A DNA stretch of 64,000 bases from an uncultured Bacilli bacterium (GTDB lineage: Bacteria; Bacillota_I; Bacilli_A; RF39; UBA660): positions 34,770-98,769 of the forward strand of contig CAJUNF010000001.1 in the NCBI GenBank assembly GCA_910587775.1. The letters are read 5' to 3'. Position numbers and translations under genes: made by a program. Below the pieces are notes generated by a model. The model saw only the letters and a program-made list of their open reading frames with translations. It was not told the DNA's origin and made no database searches. The number at the start of each line of letters is the position of its first letter. The stretch's first letter is position 1. Positions 48,968 through 58,300 of this stretch are shown one piece after another.

Positions 48968-51900
48968 GTGTATATGAATTTATTGGAACAGTTTTCATTT
49001 GAGAATGGTACAATTATTCAAGGTTTAACAAATGAGTTAAACGTTTTTTACATGTTAGAATGCTTTAAAAGGTTACAAAGTAATTTGCTTATTGTAACAA
49101 GTAGTCTTTATGAAGCTAATCAAATTTATAACTCACTAGAAACGTATACTGATAAAGTGTTACTTTTTCCTATGGATGATTTTTTAACTTCAGTTGCAGT
49201 GGCAATTTCTCCTGAATTACAAATGAAACGTTTAGAAACATTAGAAAGATTATCATCTGGTTCATGGATTGTTGTAACTAATTTAACAGGATATTTAAGA
49301 TTTTTACCTAATAAACAAAAAAAGGATCAATTAAAACTATCATTAAAATTAAATGATATGGTTGGTCGAGAAAAACTACATGAGATATTGGAACAGTTTG
49401 GATATAAGCAAGAGTCTATTGTTACAGCAACTGGAGAATATGCGATTCGTGGATTTGTGTTAGATGTTTTTCCTATGTATGAAGATCATCCTATACGTAT
49501 TGAATTTTTTGGTAGTGAGATAGAATCTATTCGTTATTTTGATGAATCAAATCAGTTATCGTTATCGGCTGTTAATGAGTGTGTGATTCATCCATATCAA
49601 GAGATTATCACTGATGATAAGAGTTCACTTTATGAGTTTATGAATTCACCGATAGTTATATTTAAAGATTATCATCAGATATTTGCGAGTAATACAAAGT
49701 TAGAAGAGGATATTTTTCAGTATCAACTTTCTAAAAATGAAAAAAATATCAAATATATGTTTTCTTTGGATGAAATAAGTGTTAGCTATCAAATACAATT
49801 AAACACTTTTGATAATAATGTAAAAAAGACAGGTGCTATTAGCTATCAATCTCAAGAGATAGAAAATTTTAATGGAAATTTTGATAATTTAAAAGACTTT
49901 GTGTTGAAGCACTTTTTGAATCATAAAACTATTCTTTTTTGTTTATCTCGTGATAATCAAGTGAAGCAAATTAAAGAGTTGTTATCTGATTGTTCTATTT
50001 ATGCTAAATTAGGAGAGTTAAGAAATGATTCTATTAATATTTGGAAGAAAAAGATTAATCAAGGCTTTATCTTTCAAAATTATGTTGTAATATCAGAGTT
50101 TGATATAGAAAAAGTAAAGGATGCAACAATTCGTTATAAGAACAATTATCGTATGGGACGGAAAATTAATGCTTTAAATGCATTAAAAACAGGTGATTAT
50201 GTAGTTCATAGAATGCATGGTATTGGAATTTATCATGGAGTAGTCACATTAACGCAATATGGTTTAAAGAAAGATTATATTCAAATTGATTATTCTGGAA
50301 ATGATAAAGTTTATATTCCTGTAGAAAAAATTTCAACGATTTATAAATATACTGATAAAGATGGAATGAAACCTCAAGTAAATAAATTAAATTCAACAAC
50401 TTGGGTGAATAAAAAAAGAGCTATTCAAAAACGAATTCATGATATTTCAGAGGAATTGATTAAGCTTTATGCAGCTCGAAATAGTATTAAAGGGGAGCAA
50501 TATCAAGATTATGAAGAAGAAGAGGTATTTGCGTCATATTTTCCTTATGAACCTACAAAAGATCAAGTTCGAGCAATACAGGATATTGATCATGATTTAA
50601 AAAGACCAGTTCCAATGGATCGTTTATTATGTGGAGATGTTGGTTTTGGTAAAACTGAAGTAGCTTTTCGTGCAATTTTTAAGGCAATTTTAAATAATAA
50701 GCAAGTATTTTATTTGTGTCCTACTACAATTTTAAGTAAACAGCAATATGAGTCTGCTTTAGAAAGATATTCCGATTATCCTATTGAAATTGCATTATTA
50801 AATCGTTTTACTTCTCAAAAAGAAACGAAACGTATTTTAGATGGCTTATCTTCTGGAGAAATTGATTTAGTTTTTGGAACTCATAGGTTGTTAAGTGATG
50901 ATATTAAGTTTAAAAAATTAGGTCTTTTAATTGTAGATGAAGAACAGCGTTTTGGAGTTACACACAAAGAAAAAATTAAGAAATTTAAAAATGATGTAAA
51001 TGTTTTAACTCTTTCTGCTACTCCAATTCCAAGAACATTAAAAATGGCACTTAGTGGTCTTCGAGACTTATCAATTATTGATACTGCTCCAGTAAATAGG
51101 TATCCAGTTCAAACTTATGTTGTAGAAGAAAATCCAATTTTAATAAAAGATGCAATCTATAAAGAGTTATCTCGTAATGGGCAAATATTTATTTTATATA
51201 ATAAAATAGCTACAATTGAAAAAAAATTACATGAGTTATCAAAATTAGTACCAGAAGCACGTATCACTTTTGCACATGGTCAAATGTCTAAAACTGAATT
51301 AGAAGATATTATGTCTTTGTTTATTAATCATGAATTTGATATTTTACTTTGTACAACAATAATAGAAACAGGTATTGATATTCCAAATGCTAATACTTTA
51401 ATTATTTATGATGCAGATCATTTTGGATTAAGCCAGTTATATCAACTACGTGGTCGAGTTGGTAGAAGTAATAAGATTGCCTATGCTTATTTACTTTATA
51501 ATCATGGTCGTATTTTAAATGAAATAGCAGTAAAACGATTACAAGCAATTAAAGAGTTTACAGAGCTTGGAAGTGGTTATCGTATTGCAATGCGAGATTT
51601 AGCTATCCGTGGTGCTGGAGATTTACTTGGAAGTGAGCAGGCAGGATTTGTAGATACAGTCGGAATATCTCTATATATGAAAATGGTAGAGGAAGAAATG
51701 AAGCGTCTACAAGGTGAAATCGTAGAAAATGAAGAGCTTGAAACTAAATCCTTATTAAATGTAGAAACTCATATCAGCGATGATTATGTAAGTGATGAGG
51801 ATTTAAAAATTGAAATTCATCAGAAGATTAATGAAATTGATAGTTATGATCATTTATTAAAAGTAAAAATGGAGTTAGAAGATCGATTTGGAAAAATTAA

Positions 51901-52210
51901 TGAAGCATTAGAAATTTATATGTATGAAGAATGGTTTGAAAAAATAGCCAAAAGATTAGAAATTCATAATGTGCGTCAAACAGAAAAAGAAGTAATGATA
52001 GAGTTGCCAGAAAAAATTAGTTCTCAAATTAAAGGTGATAAGCTGTTTTTGGAAATATATAATATAAGTCAGAATTTTCGTTTAAAATATGAAAATAAGA
52101 AAATTATAATAGTTCTTTCTTTAAAAGGATTAAAAGATCATTTTGTATATTACGTTGTTCCTTTAATGGATAAAATCTTACATGAATTTTTAATAAATTG
52201 TAATGATTAA
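48968..52210 (+). CDS. mfd: transcription-repair coupling factor Mfd
   Basis: 1080 aa. It has a UvrB-homology N-terminus, a superfamily-2 helicase core (GDVGFGKTEVA and a DEEQRFG DExx box) and a TRG motif region. Confidence 0.95.
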   Translation: MYMNLLEQFSFENGTIIQGLTNELNVFYMLECFKRLQSNLLIVTSSLYEANQIYNSLETYTDKVLLFPMDDFLTSVAVAISPELQMKRLETLERLSSGSWIVVTNLTGYLRFLPNKQKKDQLKLSLKLNDMVGREKLHEILEQFGYKQESIVTATGEYAIRGFVLDVFPMYEDHPIRIEFFGSEIESIRYFDESNQLSLSAVNECVIHPYQEIITDDKSSLYEFMNSPIVIFKDYHQIFASNTKLEEDIFQYQLSKNEKNIKYMFSLDEISVSYQIQLNTFDNNVKKTGAISYQSQEIENFNGNFDNLKDFVLKHFLNHKTILFCLSRDNQVKQIKELLSDCSIYAKLGELRNDSINIWKKKINQGFIFQNYVVISEFDIEKVKDATIRYKNNYRMGRKINALNALKTGDYVVHRMHGIGIYHGVVTLTQYGLKKDYIQIDYSGNDKVYIPVEKISTIYKYTDKDGMKPQVNKLNSTTWVNKKRAIQKRIHDISEELIKLYAARNSIKGEQYQDYEEEEVFASYFPYEPTKDQVRAIQDIDHDLKRPVPMDRLLCGDVGFGKTEVAFRAIFKAILNNKQVFYLCPTTILSKQQYESALERYSDYPIEIALLNRFTSQKETKRILDGLSSGEIDLVFGTHRLLSDDIKFKKLGLLIVDEEQRFGVTHKEKIKKFKNDVNVLTLSATPIPRTLKMALSGLRDLSIIDTAPVNRYPVQTYVVEENPILIKDAIYKELSRNGQIFILYNKIATIEKKLHELSKLVPEARITFAHGQMSKTELEDIMSLFINHEFDILLCTTIIETGIDIPNANTLIIYDADHFGLSQLYQLRGRVGRSNKIAYAYLLYNHGRILNEIAVKRLQAIKEFTELGSGYRIAMRDLAIRGAGDLLGSEQAGFVDTVGISLYMKMVEEEMKRLQGEIVENEELETKSLLNVETHISDDYVSDEDLKIEIHQKINEIDSYDHLLKVKMELEDRFGKINEALEIYMYEEWFEKIAKRLEIHNVRQTEKEVMIELPEKISSQIKGDKLFLEIYNISQNFRLKYENKKIIIVLSLKGLKDHFVYYVVPLMDKILHEFLINCND

Positions 52211-52265
52211 GGTATAAAATTTTATGTAATCTCCAAAACTATAAGTAGATTGGAGTGAACATATT

Positions 52266-52793
52266 TTGAAGTCAACGGGTGTTATTAGAAGGATTGATGA
52301 ATTAGGAAGGATTGTAATTCCAAAAGAGATAAGAAGACATTTAGGTATTCGAGAAGGAGAAAATTTAGAAATTTTTACAGAAGAAAATCAGATAGTTTTA
52401 AAAAAGTATTCTAAAATGCTAGAATATGGAGATTTTTCCTCTAAGTTATGTGAAATTGTACCAGCTACAATGGATCTAGCTTTAGTAGTTACTGATCGTG
52501 ATAAAGTTGTTTCTTTTTCTTCAAACATTGTATTAGAAATTGGTAATAGTGAGATTAACAGCCATTTGTTATCTTATATCCAATCAAGAGAATCTTATGA
52601 ATCAAATAATTTTGAAAAGATAGAAATAGGCGATCATGAAATTGAAGGTTATTTTTATATTCAGCCAATTATTTCATCTATTGATTGTTTGGGATTAATT
52701 ATTTTAATAAAAGATCAGTCATTTTTAAAAGAAGAAAAACAATTTGCAAAGTTTCTAGCGCAAATGATTGCAAATAAAATTGACATTTCTTAA
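52266..52793 (+). CDS. spoVT: stage V sporulation protein T (AbrB-type swapped-hairpin N-domain plus GAF domain)
   Basis: (M)KSTGVIRRIDELGRIVIPKEIRRHLGIREGENLEIF aligns closely with B. subtilis SpoVT. The 175-aa length fits SpoVT rather than AbrB. TTG start with a GGAGTG RBS. Confidence 0.8.
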   Translation: MKSTGVIRRIDELGRIVIPKEIRRHLGIREGENLEIFTEENQIVLKKYSKMLEYGDFSSKLCEIVPATMDLALVVTDRDKVVSFSSNIVLEIGNSEINSHLLSYIQSRESYESNNFEKIEIGDHEIEGYFYIQPIISSIDCLGLIILIKDQSFLKEEKQFAKFLAQMIANKIDIS

Positions 52794-52799
52794 ACTAAT

Positions 52800-53025
52800 G
52801 TGTTAGAATTTTCGTAAATTTAGTGATGAAAGAAAGAGAAATATGAATTCTTTTTAAGAGAGTCTATATTGGTGAGAGTAGATAAAGAATAGTATGGAAG
52901 ATGGTTCTGGAACTAAAACGGAGCAACACGTTACGAAGAGAAAGTGCATGAAAAGTCATGAATAAAGGTGGTACCACGGGTTATCTCGTCCTTTTGTTCA
53001 AGGCTTTTTTTATTGGAAAGAAGGG
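52800..53025 (+). promoter_or_regulatory. T-box riboswitch-like leader upstream of the SDR-metG genes
   Basis: The conserved T-box sequence AAAGGUGGUACCACGGG lies at 52963-52980 (consensus AANNNGGGUGGNACCGCGG). A stem-I-like GUGAGAGUAGAUAA is upstream. AUGG (Met codon plus purine) occurs twice in the candidate specifier region (guAUGGaag and gAUGGuu). The canonical terminator helix is not obvious. Confidence 0.45.
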
Positions 53026-53030
53026 AATAT

Positions 53031-53765
53031 ATGAGTCAAGTTGTATTAGTAACTGGTGCAAGACGAGGGCTTGGAAAATCAATAGCTTATGAGTTTGCTA
53101 AAAAGGGTTATGATGTCATTTTGAATGATAAAGAAGATAAAATTATTTTGGAATCTATTAAAGCCGATTTAGAATTTCAATATTCTGTTAAAGTTATTGT
53201 TGGTTTTGGAGATATTTCAAATGAAGATATAGTGTTGGAATTATTAGAAATGATAAAAAAAGAATTTGGTACTTTGGATGTTTTGGTAAATAATGCAGCG
53301 ATTGTAAGTGATATGGAATTATCCTTACGTTCTACGGAAATTTTTGAGAATACAATGCATAATAATGTGACAGGGACTTATTTAATGTGTAAATATTTTG
53401 GACAGTTTATGTTTGATCAAGAGAAGATAACCAGAATTATCAATATATCTAGTACAAATGCTATAGATTGCAATTTTCCAACTAGTATAGATTATGATGC
53501 TTCAAAAGCTGCAGTTATATCTTTAACTCACAATTTTGCATTACAGTTTGCGCCAAAAGTTTTAGTAAATGCCGTCGCACCTGGTTGGATGAATACAGAA
53601 ATGAATGCGGATTTGCCTAAAGAGTTGGTACAAGAAGAAACTGACAAAATATATTTGAAGCGTTTTGCTGAACCTTCGGAGGTTGCAACACTTGTCTATT
53701 ATTTAGGAAGTAAAGAAAATACTTATGTTAATAACGAAGTCATCGTTATTGATGGAGGGTATTAA
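53031..53765 (+). CDS. short-chain dehydrogenase/reductase (3-oxoacyl-ACP reductase-like)
   Basis: The Rossmann motif VTGARRGLGKS (TGxxxGxG). The catalytic region reads NISS...YDASKAA (YxxxK). The start is set at ATG 53031 with a GAAGGGAA RBS. The longer ORF would begin inside the T-box motif. Confidence 0.7.
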   Translation: MSQVVLVTGARRGLGKSIAYEFAKKGYDVILNDKEDKIILESIKADLEFQYSVKVIVGFGDISNEDIVLELLEMIKKEFGTLDVLVNNAAIVSDMELSLRSTEIFENTMHNNVTGTYLMCKYFGQFMFDQEKITRIINISSTNAIDCNFPTSIDYDASKAAVISLTHNFALQFAPKVLVNAVAPGWMNTEMNADLPKELVQEETDKIYLKRFAEPSEVATLVYYLGSKENTYVNNEVIVIDGGY

Positions 53766-53777
53766 GGAGGATAAAAA

Positions 53778-55298
53778 ATGAAAGAAAAATTTAGTATATT
53801 TACAGCAATTGCTTATACTTCTGCTAAGCCACATATTGGTAATACTTATGAAATCGTTCTTGCAGATGCAATTGCACGATTTAAACGTTTGAAAGGTTAT
53901 GATGTTTATTTTCAAACAGGTACAGATGAACATGGAGAAAAAATAGCTCAGAAAGCTTTAGAAAATGGCTTAACTCCTCAAGAATATTGTGATAATATTT
54001 CCCAGGAAATACAAAATATTTGGGATATAATGAATACTTCTTATGATCGTTTTGTAAGAACTACAGATAAGAATCATGAACGTGTAGTTGCGCGTATTTT
54101 TGAAAAGTTGCATGAGCAAGGAGATATTTATCTTGGAAAGTATGAAGGATTGTACTGTGTTCCTTGTGAATCTTTTTTTACTGAAAGTCAGTTGGTAGAA
54201 GGAAAATGTCCTGACTGTGGTCGTGAAGTAGTAGAAAAAAGTGAAGAGGCGTACTTCTTTAAAATGTCAAAGTATCAAAAACAATTAGAAGATTATTTAG
54301 AAGCACATAAAGACTTCATTCAGCCAGAGTCTCGTAAGAATGAGATGGTAAATAATTTTATTAAACCTGGTTTACAAGATTTATGTGTCTCTCGAACTTC
54401 TTTTGATTGGGGTATTAAAGTTCCAATGGATCCAAAACATGTTGTATATGTATGGTTAGATGCGTTAACCAATTATATTACTAATATAGGTTATGATGTA
54501 GATAGCCAAACCGATGAATTTAATAAAATCTGGCCGGCTGATTTGCATTTAGTTGGAAAGGATATTATTCGTTTTCATATGATTTATTGGCCAATTTTCT
54601 TAATGGCTTTAGATTTACCACTACCAAAGAAAGTTTTTGGACATCCTTGGCTTTTAATGGCAAATGATAAAATGAGTAAGAGTAAAGGTAATGTAATGTA
54701 TGCTGATGATTTAGTATCAATTTATGGAGTAGATGCTATTCGTTATTATGTTTTACATGAAATTCCGTTTGGTCATGATGGTAATATTACCGATGAATTA
54801 ATTGTTGAGCGAATTAACTCTGATTTAGCTAATGTATTAGGTAATTTAGTAAATCGAACTATTTCTATGGCTCAAAAGTATTTTGATGGGGAAGTAAGTA
54901 ATCAAAATGTATTAGATCAATTTGATTCAGAACTGGTAGCTTCTATTAATTCTCTTGATGAACGAGTTACTAAAAGAATGGATGAATTAGAAATTGGTAA
55001 AGCAATTGATGAAATTTTTGAACTTCTTCGTCGTAGCAATAAGTATATTGATGAAACAATGCCTTGGAGTTTAGCAAAAGATGAAAATAAGCGTGCTAGA
55101 TTAGAGACTGTTTTATATCATTTACTTGAAGCAATTAGAGTTTCGGCAATATATTTAAGTTCTTTTTTGCCAGATACTAGTAAAGAAATATTACGACAAA
55201 TTAATCAAGAAAATAATAGTTTTTCTTTTGAAAGTACTTTAAAATATCAAGTTTTAGAACCTAAAATACTGTTTCAAAGAATAGAAAACAAAGGTTAG
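53778..55298 (+). CDS. metG: methionine--tRNA ligase (short form)
   Basis: The class I motifs PHIGN (HIGH-type) and KMSKSKGN (KMSKS). A zinc knuckle CPDCG. 506 aa, without the C-terminal tRNA-binding appendix. Confidence 0.9.
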   Translation: MKEKFSIFTAIAYTSAKPHIGNTYEIVLADAIARFKRLKGYDVYFQTGTDEHGEKIAQKALENGLTPQEYCDNISQEIQNIWDIMNTSYDRFVRTTDKNHERVVARIFEKLHEQGDIYLGKYEGLYCVPCESFFTESQLVEGKCPDCGREVVEKSEEAYFFKMSKYQKQLEDYLEAHKDFIQPESRKNEMVNNFIKPGLQDLCVSRTSFDWGIKVPMDPKHVVYVWLDALTNYITNIGYDVDSQTDEFNKIWPADLHLVGKDIIRFHMIYWPIFLMALDLPLPKKVFGHPWLLMANDKMSKSKGNVMYADDLVSIYGVDAIRYYVLHEIPFGHDGNITDELIVERINSDLANVLGNLVNRTISMAQKYFDGEVSNQNVLDQFDSELVASINSLDERVTKRMDELEIGKAIDEIFELLRRSNKYIDETMPWSLAKDENKRARLETVLYHLLEAIRVSAIYLSSFLPDTSKEILRQINQENNSFSFESTLKYQVLEPKILFQRIENKG

Positions 55299-55310
55299 AA
55301 GGTAAAATAA

Positions 55311-55544
55311 ATGAAATTAAATTTAAGAAAAATAGCAATTGGAGCTACAATAACAGGAATTTCTTTTGTAGCAATTTCTAAAATGTTTCACGTGAAACGT
55401 CCAAAAGTAGGAAGTCATGATTATTCATCTAAAAATAGTTCTACATCTAATATGGCATTTTTAAGTGAAGAGCACTTTGTAGTTGAAAAGCCGAAAACAA
55501 GAATATTAAAAAAAACTTCTTTAGATGAAGAAAATGGTGAGTAA
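55311..55544 (+). CDS. small hypothetical protein with an N-terminal hydrophobic segment; it contains a parS site
   Basis: 77-aa ORF in the metG-tatD gap. Coding status is uncertain. Confidence 0.35.
   Translation: MKLNLRKIAIGATITGISFVAISKMFHVKRPKVGSHDYSSKNSSTSNMAFLSEEHFVVEKPKTRILKKTSLDEENGE
55384..55399. promoter_or_regulatory. parS site 4, inside the small ORF
   Basis: TGTTTCACGTGAAACG matches the perfect parS palindrome TGTTTCACGTGAAACA at 15 of 16 positions. Confidence 0.7.
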
Positions 55545-55550
55545 TCATTT

Positions 55551-56306
55551 ATGAATTTATGGGATACTCATTGTCATATTTATAAAGATTATTATCCTTC
55601 TATTTCTGATGAAATAATAAACGCTAATCAGGTAGGGGTTACTAATTGTATAGTTAGCGGCTGTGATGCTAAAAGTAATGAAGAGGTTTTATCTATTATT
55701 TCTAATTATTCTTCTTGTTTTGGTGTTATTGGAATTCATCCTGAAGAAGTGGATCATTATTCTAATCAAGATGTTCAATATATATTAAATAATATCCATA
55801 ATGATCGTATTATAGGAATTGGTGAAATTGGCTTAGATTATCATTATACAGAGGATAATAAAGAAGAACAAAAGAAATTGTTTGAACTTCAGTTATCTTT
55901 AGCTGAACAATCTAATTTACCAGTAGTAATTCATTCTCGTGAAGCTACACAAGATACTATAGATATTTTAAAAAAACATAAGGTAAAAGGAGTCATTCAT
56001 TCATTTTCAGGAAGTTTAGAAGTGGCACAGATTTATATAAAAATTGGATTTAAATTAGGTATAAATGGTGTTGTTACTTTTAAGAATAGCAGATTAAAAG
56101 ATATTTTACCTTTCATCAAAGATCATATTGTTTTAGAAACGGATAGTCCTTTTTTGACTCCACATCCTTATCGTGGAACAAAGAATAGTCCTAAATATAT
56201 TCGAAATATTGCTGAATTTGTTGCATCAGAGTTAAAAATCTCAATTCATGAATTAGAAGTAATTACCAATAAAAATATTGGACTCATTTTTGACAAAATA
56301 AAGTGA
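55551..56306 (+). CDS. tatD: TatD-family metal-dependent DNase/hydrolase
   Basis: The N-terminal DTHCH and later HSR/HSF histidine motifs of the TIM-barrel TatD family. It lies downstream of metG, as in Bacillus yabD. Confidence 0.85.
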   Translation: MNLWDTHCHIYKDYYPSISDEIINANQVGVTNCIVSGCDAKSNEEVLSIISNYSSCFGVIGIHPEEVDHYSNQDVQYILNNIHNDRIIGIGEIGLDYHYTEDNKEEQKKLFELQLSLAEQSNLPVVIHSREATQDTIDILKKHKVKGVIHSFSGSLEVAQIYIKIGFKLGINGVVTFKNSRLKDILPFIKDHIVLETDSPFLTPHPYRGTKNSPKYIRNIAEFVASELKISIHELEVITNKNIGLIFDKIK

Positions 56307-56318
56307 TTATGCTAGAAT
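56290..56318 (+). promoter_or_regulatory. candidate sigma-A promoter inside the tatD 3' end for the downstream 3D-domain gene
   Basis: TTGACA (56290-95), a 17-nt spacer, then TAGAAT (56313-18). Confidence 0.4.
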
Positions 56319-56343
56319 GATTTTATGATTTGAGGTGAACATT

Positions 56344-56886
56344 TTGGGATCTATAGGTCATAAAATTTCTCAAATGCTTCGTGTTGCTACTATTGTAGGT
56401 GTAATTTTCGTCGCTAAATCAAGTACTAATTTAGTAGAGACCAAATTAGAAAATAATGCTACAAATCGAGTTATAGATTTGTCAACTATGGCTTTGAAAT
56501 TAGAGGAAGATATAAAAAACGATTTATATAGTGCTAAAGATACTTATACTGGAGATTTAACTGGTTATGGTGCAGATTGTCCACTTTGTGGAGGAACTCT
56601 TGCTTGCAAACCAAGTTATTATATTAAAGATGGTACAGATACTTATCCTGATTCAGTATATGGAACGGTTCGAATTGTAGCTTCTAGTCGCAATTTACCA
56701 TGTGGTACAATTGTTAGATTTCATCATGCAAGAATTTCTAGTGATCCAATTATTGCAATTGTATTAGATCGTGGAGTTTTAGGAAATGATTTAGATTTAT
56801 TGTCACCAAGTGAGGAATATGCACTTCAAAATGTTGGTAGAAAATCTATTACATATGATATTTTAAGACAAGGTTGGGGATCCTAA
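56344..56886 (+). CDS. membrane-anchored 3D-domain protein (YabE/MltA-like C-terminal domain)
   Basis: An N-terminal TM helix, then GYGADCPLCGG...TVRIVASSRNLPCGTIV with the conserved Asp residues of the 3D domain. It is in the YabE position between tatD and ksgA. Start is TTG 56344, or alternatively GTG 56335. Confidence 0.6.
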   Translation: MGSIGHKISQMLRVATIVGVIFVAKSSTNLVETKLENNATNRVIDLSTMALKLEEDIKNDLYSAKDTYTGDLTGYGADCPLCGGTLACKPSYYIKDGTDTYPDSVYGTVRIVASSRNLPCGTIVRFHHARISSDPIIAIVLDRGVLGNDLDLLSPSEEYALQNVGRKSITYDILRQGWGS

Positions 56887-56941
56887 TCTTGTTTTTTGTT
56901 CTGATTTTTGATATGTTCATGGAAAGAAAAGATGTGATTGT

Positions 56942-57718
56942 ATGAATAATATTCCTGCTAAGAAGAGTCTTGGGCAAAATTTTTTAAAGGATGAAATAAT
57001 ACTTCAAAAAATAGCAAATAGCATTTCTGTTAAACAAAATGATCTCATTTTAGAGATTGGTCCAGGTAAAGGAGCTCTTACTAAATATTTAATTCAAAAA
57101 GGGTCTAATTATTTAGCTTATGAAATAGATAGTAGAATGAAACCTGTTTTGGCATCTTTAACAGATAAAATTCTATGGAAGGACTTTTTAAAAAGTGATT
57201 TGAAAAACGATTTAGAACAAATTACATATGATAATTTTTATGTTATTGCTAATATTCCTTATTATATAACTACTCCTATTATTGAGCATGTTATACAGTC
57301 TGATATTTTAATTAGTGAAATGGTATTATTAGTTCAGAAAGAAGTTGCTGATCGTTTTTGTGCTAAACCACATACAAAAGATTATGGCTACTTTACAGTA
57401 TATTTGAATTATTATTTTGAAGTTTTTAAAGAATTTGAGGTTTCTCGTAAATGCTTTGATCCGGTTCCTAATGTAGATAGTTGTGTTGTTCATTTTAAGC
57501 GTAAAAAGTCAATTTCTTTAGATCAAAAGTTGTATTTTTCTTTTTTAAAACAATGTTTTTGTAATAAACGTAAAACATTACACAATAATTTAAAAAGTTA
57601 TGATTGGAATCTCATTCAAAGCATTTTAAAAAAATATGATATTTCTTTAAGTGTTCGTGCTGAAGAATTACCGTCTTATATTTTGGAAGATCTTTTTCTT
57701 TGTTTATATAAAAACTAA
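56942..57718 (+). CDS. rsmA: 16S rRNA (adenine1518/1519-N6)-dimethyltransferase
   Basis: KKSLGQNFLKD is the canonical KsgA N-terminus. The SAM motif is EIGPGKGALT. Confidence 0.9.
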   Translation: MNNIPAKKSLGQNFLKDEIILQKIANSISVKQNDLILEIGPGKGALTKYLIQKGSNYLAYEIDSRMKPVLASLTDKILWKDFLKSDLKNDLEQITYDNFYVIANIPYYITTPIIEHVIQSDILISEMVLLVQKEVADRFCAKPHTKDYGYFTVYLNYYFEVFKEFEVSRKCFDPVPNVDSCVVHFKRKKSISLDQKLYFSFLKQCFCNKRKTLHNNLKSYDWNLIQSILKKYDISLSVRAEELPSYILEDLFLCLYKN

Positions 57719-57800
57719 TTATAGTTAAGTGAATATTTTTTAGATTATCTTAATGGTAATCTTTTTTTTCTTTTGGCATAAATTGATAGTGGTGAAGTCT

Positions 57801-58100
57801 ATGGAAGTTAAAAAGGGTGATTATGTTACTCGTAATAGTTATCAGAATGATACTATTTTTAAAGTTATTAATATTAAGGGTGATATTTGTTATTTAAAGG
57901 GTGTAGATGTTAGATTGTATGCTGATAGTGTTTTGGATGATTTAGTACTTACTAAAAAACCAGATAAAGTAGAAGATGTTATAAGTGAGGTACAGATTGA
58001 TGAAGAGAATATGATGCGTGGAGATTTTTTTTATTTACCTGGCAAAGTTTTACATATTGATGGAGACTATCACTTAAGTAACTATATAAAATCTTTGTAA
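57801..58100 (+). CDS. yabG: YabG N-terminal-domain-only protein (truncated homologue of sporulation protease YabG)
   Basis: GDYVTRNSYQNDTIFKVINI...VRLYADSVLDDLVL...FFYLPGKVLHIDGDYHL aligns with B. subtilis YabG GDMVARKSYQMDVLFRIIGI...VRLIADSDFSDLV...HMPGKVLHLDGD. The ORF stops after about 99 aa. Full YabG is about 290 aa with a C-terminal protease domain. It is in the conserved position after ksgA. Confidence 0.5.
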   Translation: MEVKKGDYVTRNSYQNDTIFKVINIKGDICYLKGVDVRLYADSVLDDLVLTKKPDKVEDVISEVQIDEENMMRGDFFYLPGKVLHIDGDYHLSNYIKSL

Positions 58101-58240
58101 AATAGAGGATTTCGATAATTTTAATTCATGAAATAACCTAAAAAAATAAAAATTAAATAAATTTTATAAAAAGTCTTCATTGAATTGAAAAAGGAGACAA
58201 AGTTCTAAGTAACTTCAATTATTTAATTAGTAAAAAATCC

Positions 58241-58268
58241 TTGATTTTTTCTTTTTTAGTGTTATAAT
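58241..58268 (+). promoter_or_regulatory. strong sigma-A promoter with an extended -10 for the giant surface-protein gene
   Basis: TTGATT (58241-46), a 16-nt spacer, then TGtTATAAT (TG at 58260-61, TATAAT at 58263-68). Confidence 0.5.
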
Positions 58269-58300
58269 ATACCATTAAAAAGAATGGGTGGTTTTGAGTT

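Noticed and set aside
52968-53030. Longest-ORF start of the SDR gene (GTG 52968, MVPRVISSFCSR...)
   Set aside because: That start codon lies inside the conserved T-box GGUGGUACC motif, and the extension is unlike SDR N-termini. ATG 53031 gives the canonical MSQVVLVTGARRGLG and has a good RBS.
55311-55544. Treating the parS-containing 77-aa ORF as non-coding because a protein-binding palindrome sits inside it
   Set aside because: parS sites are commonly intragenic in Firmicutes, and the ORF has a plausible N-terminal hydrophobic segment and fills the gap. It is kept as a low-confidence CDS rather than discarded.
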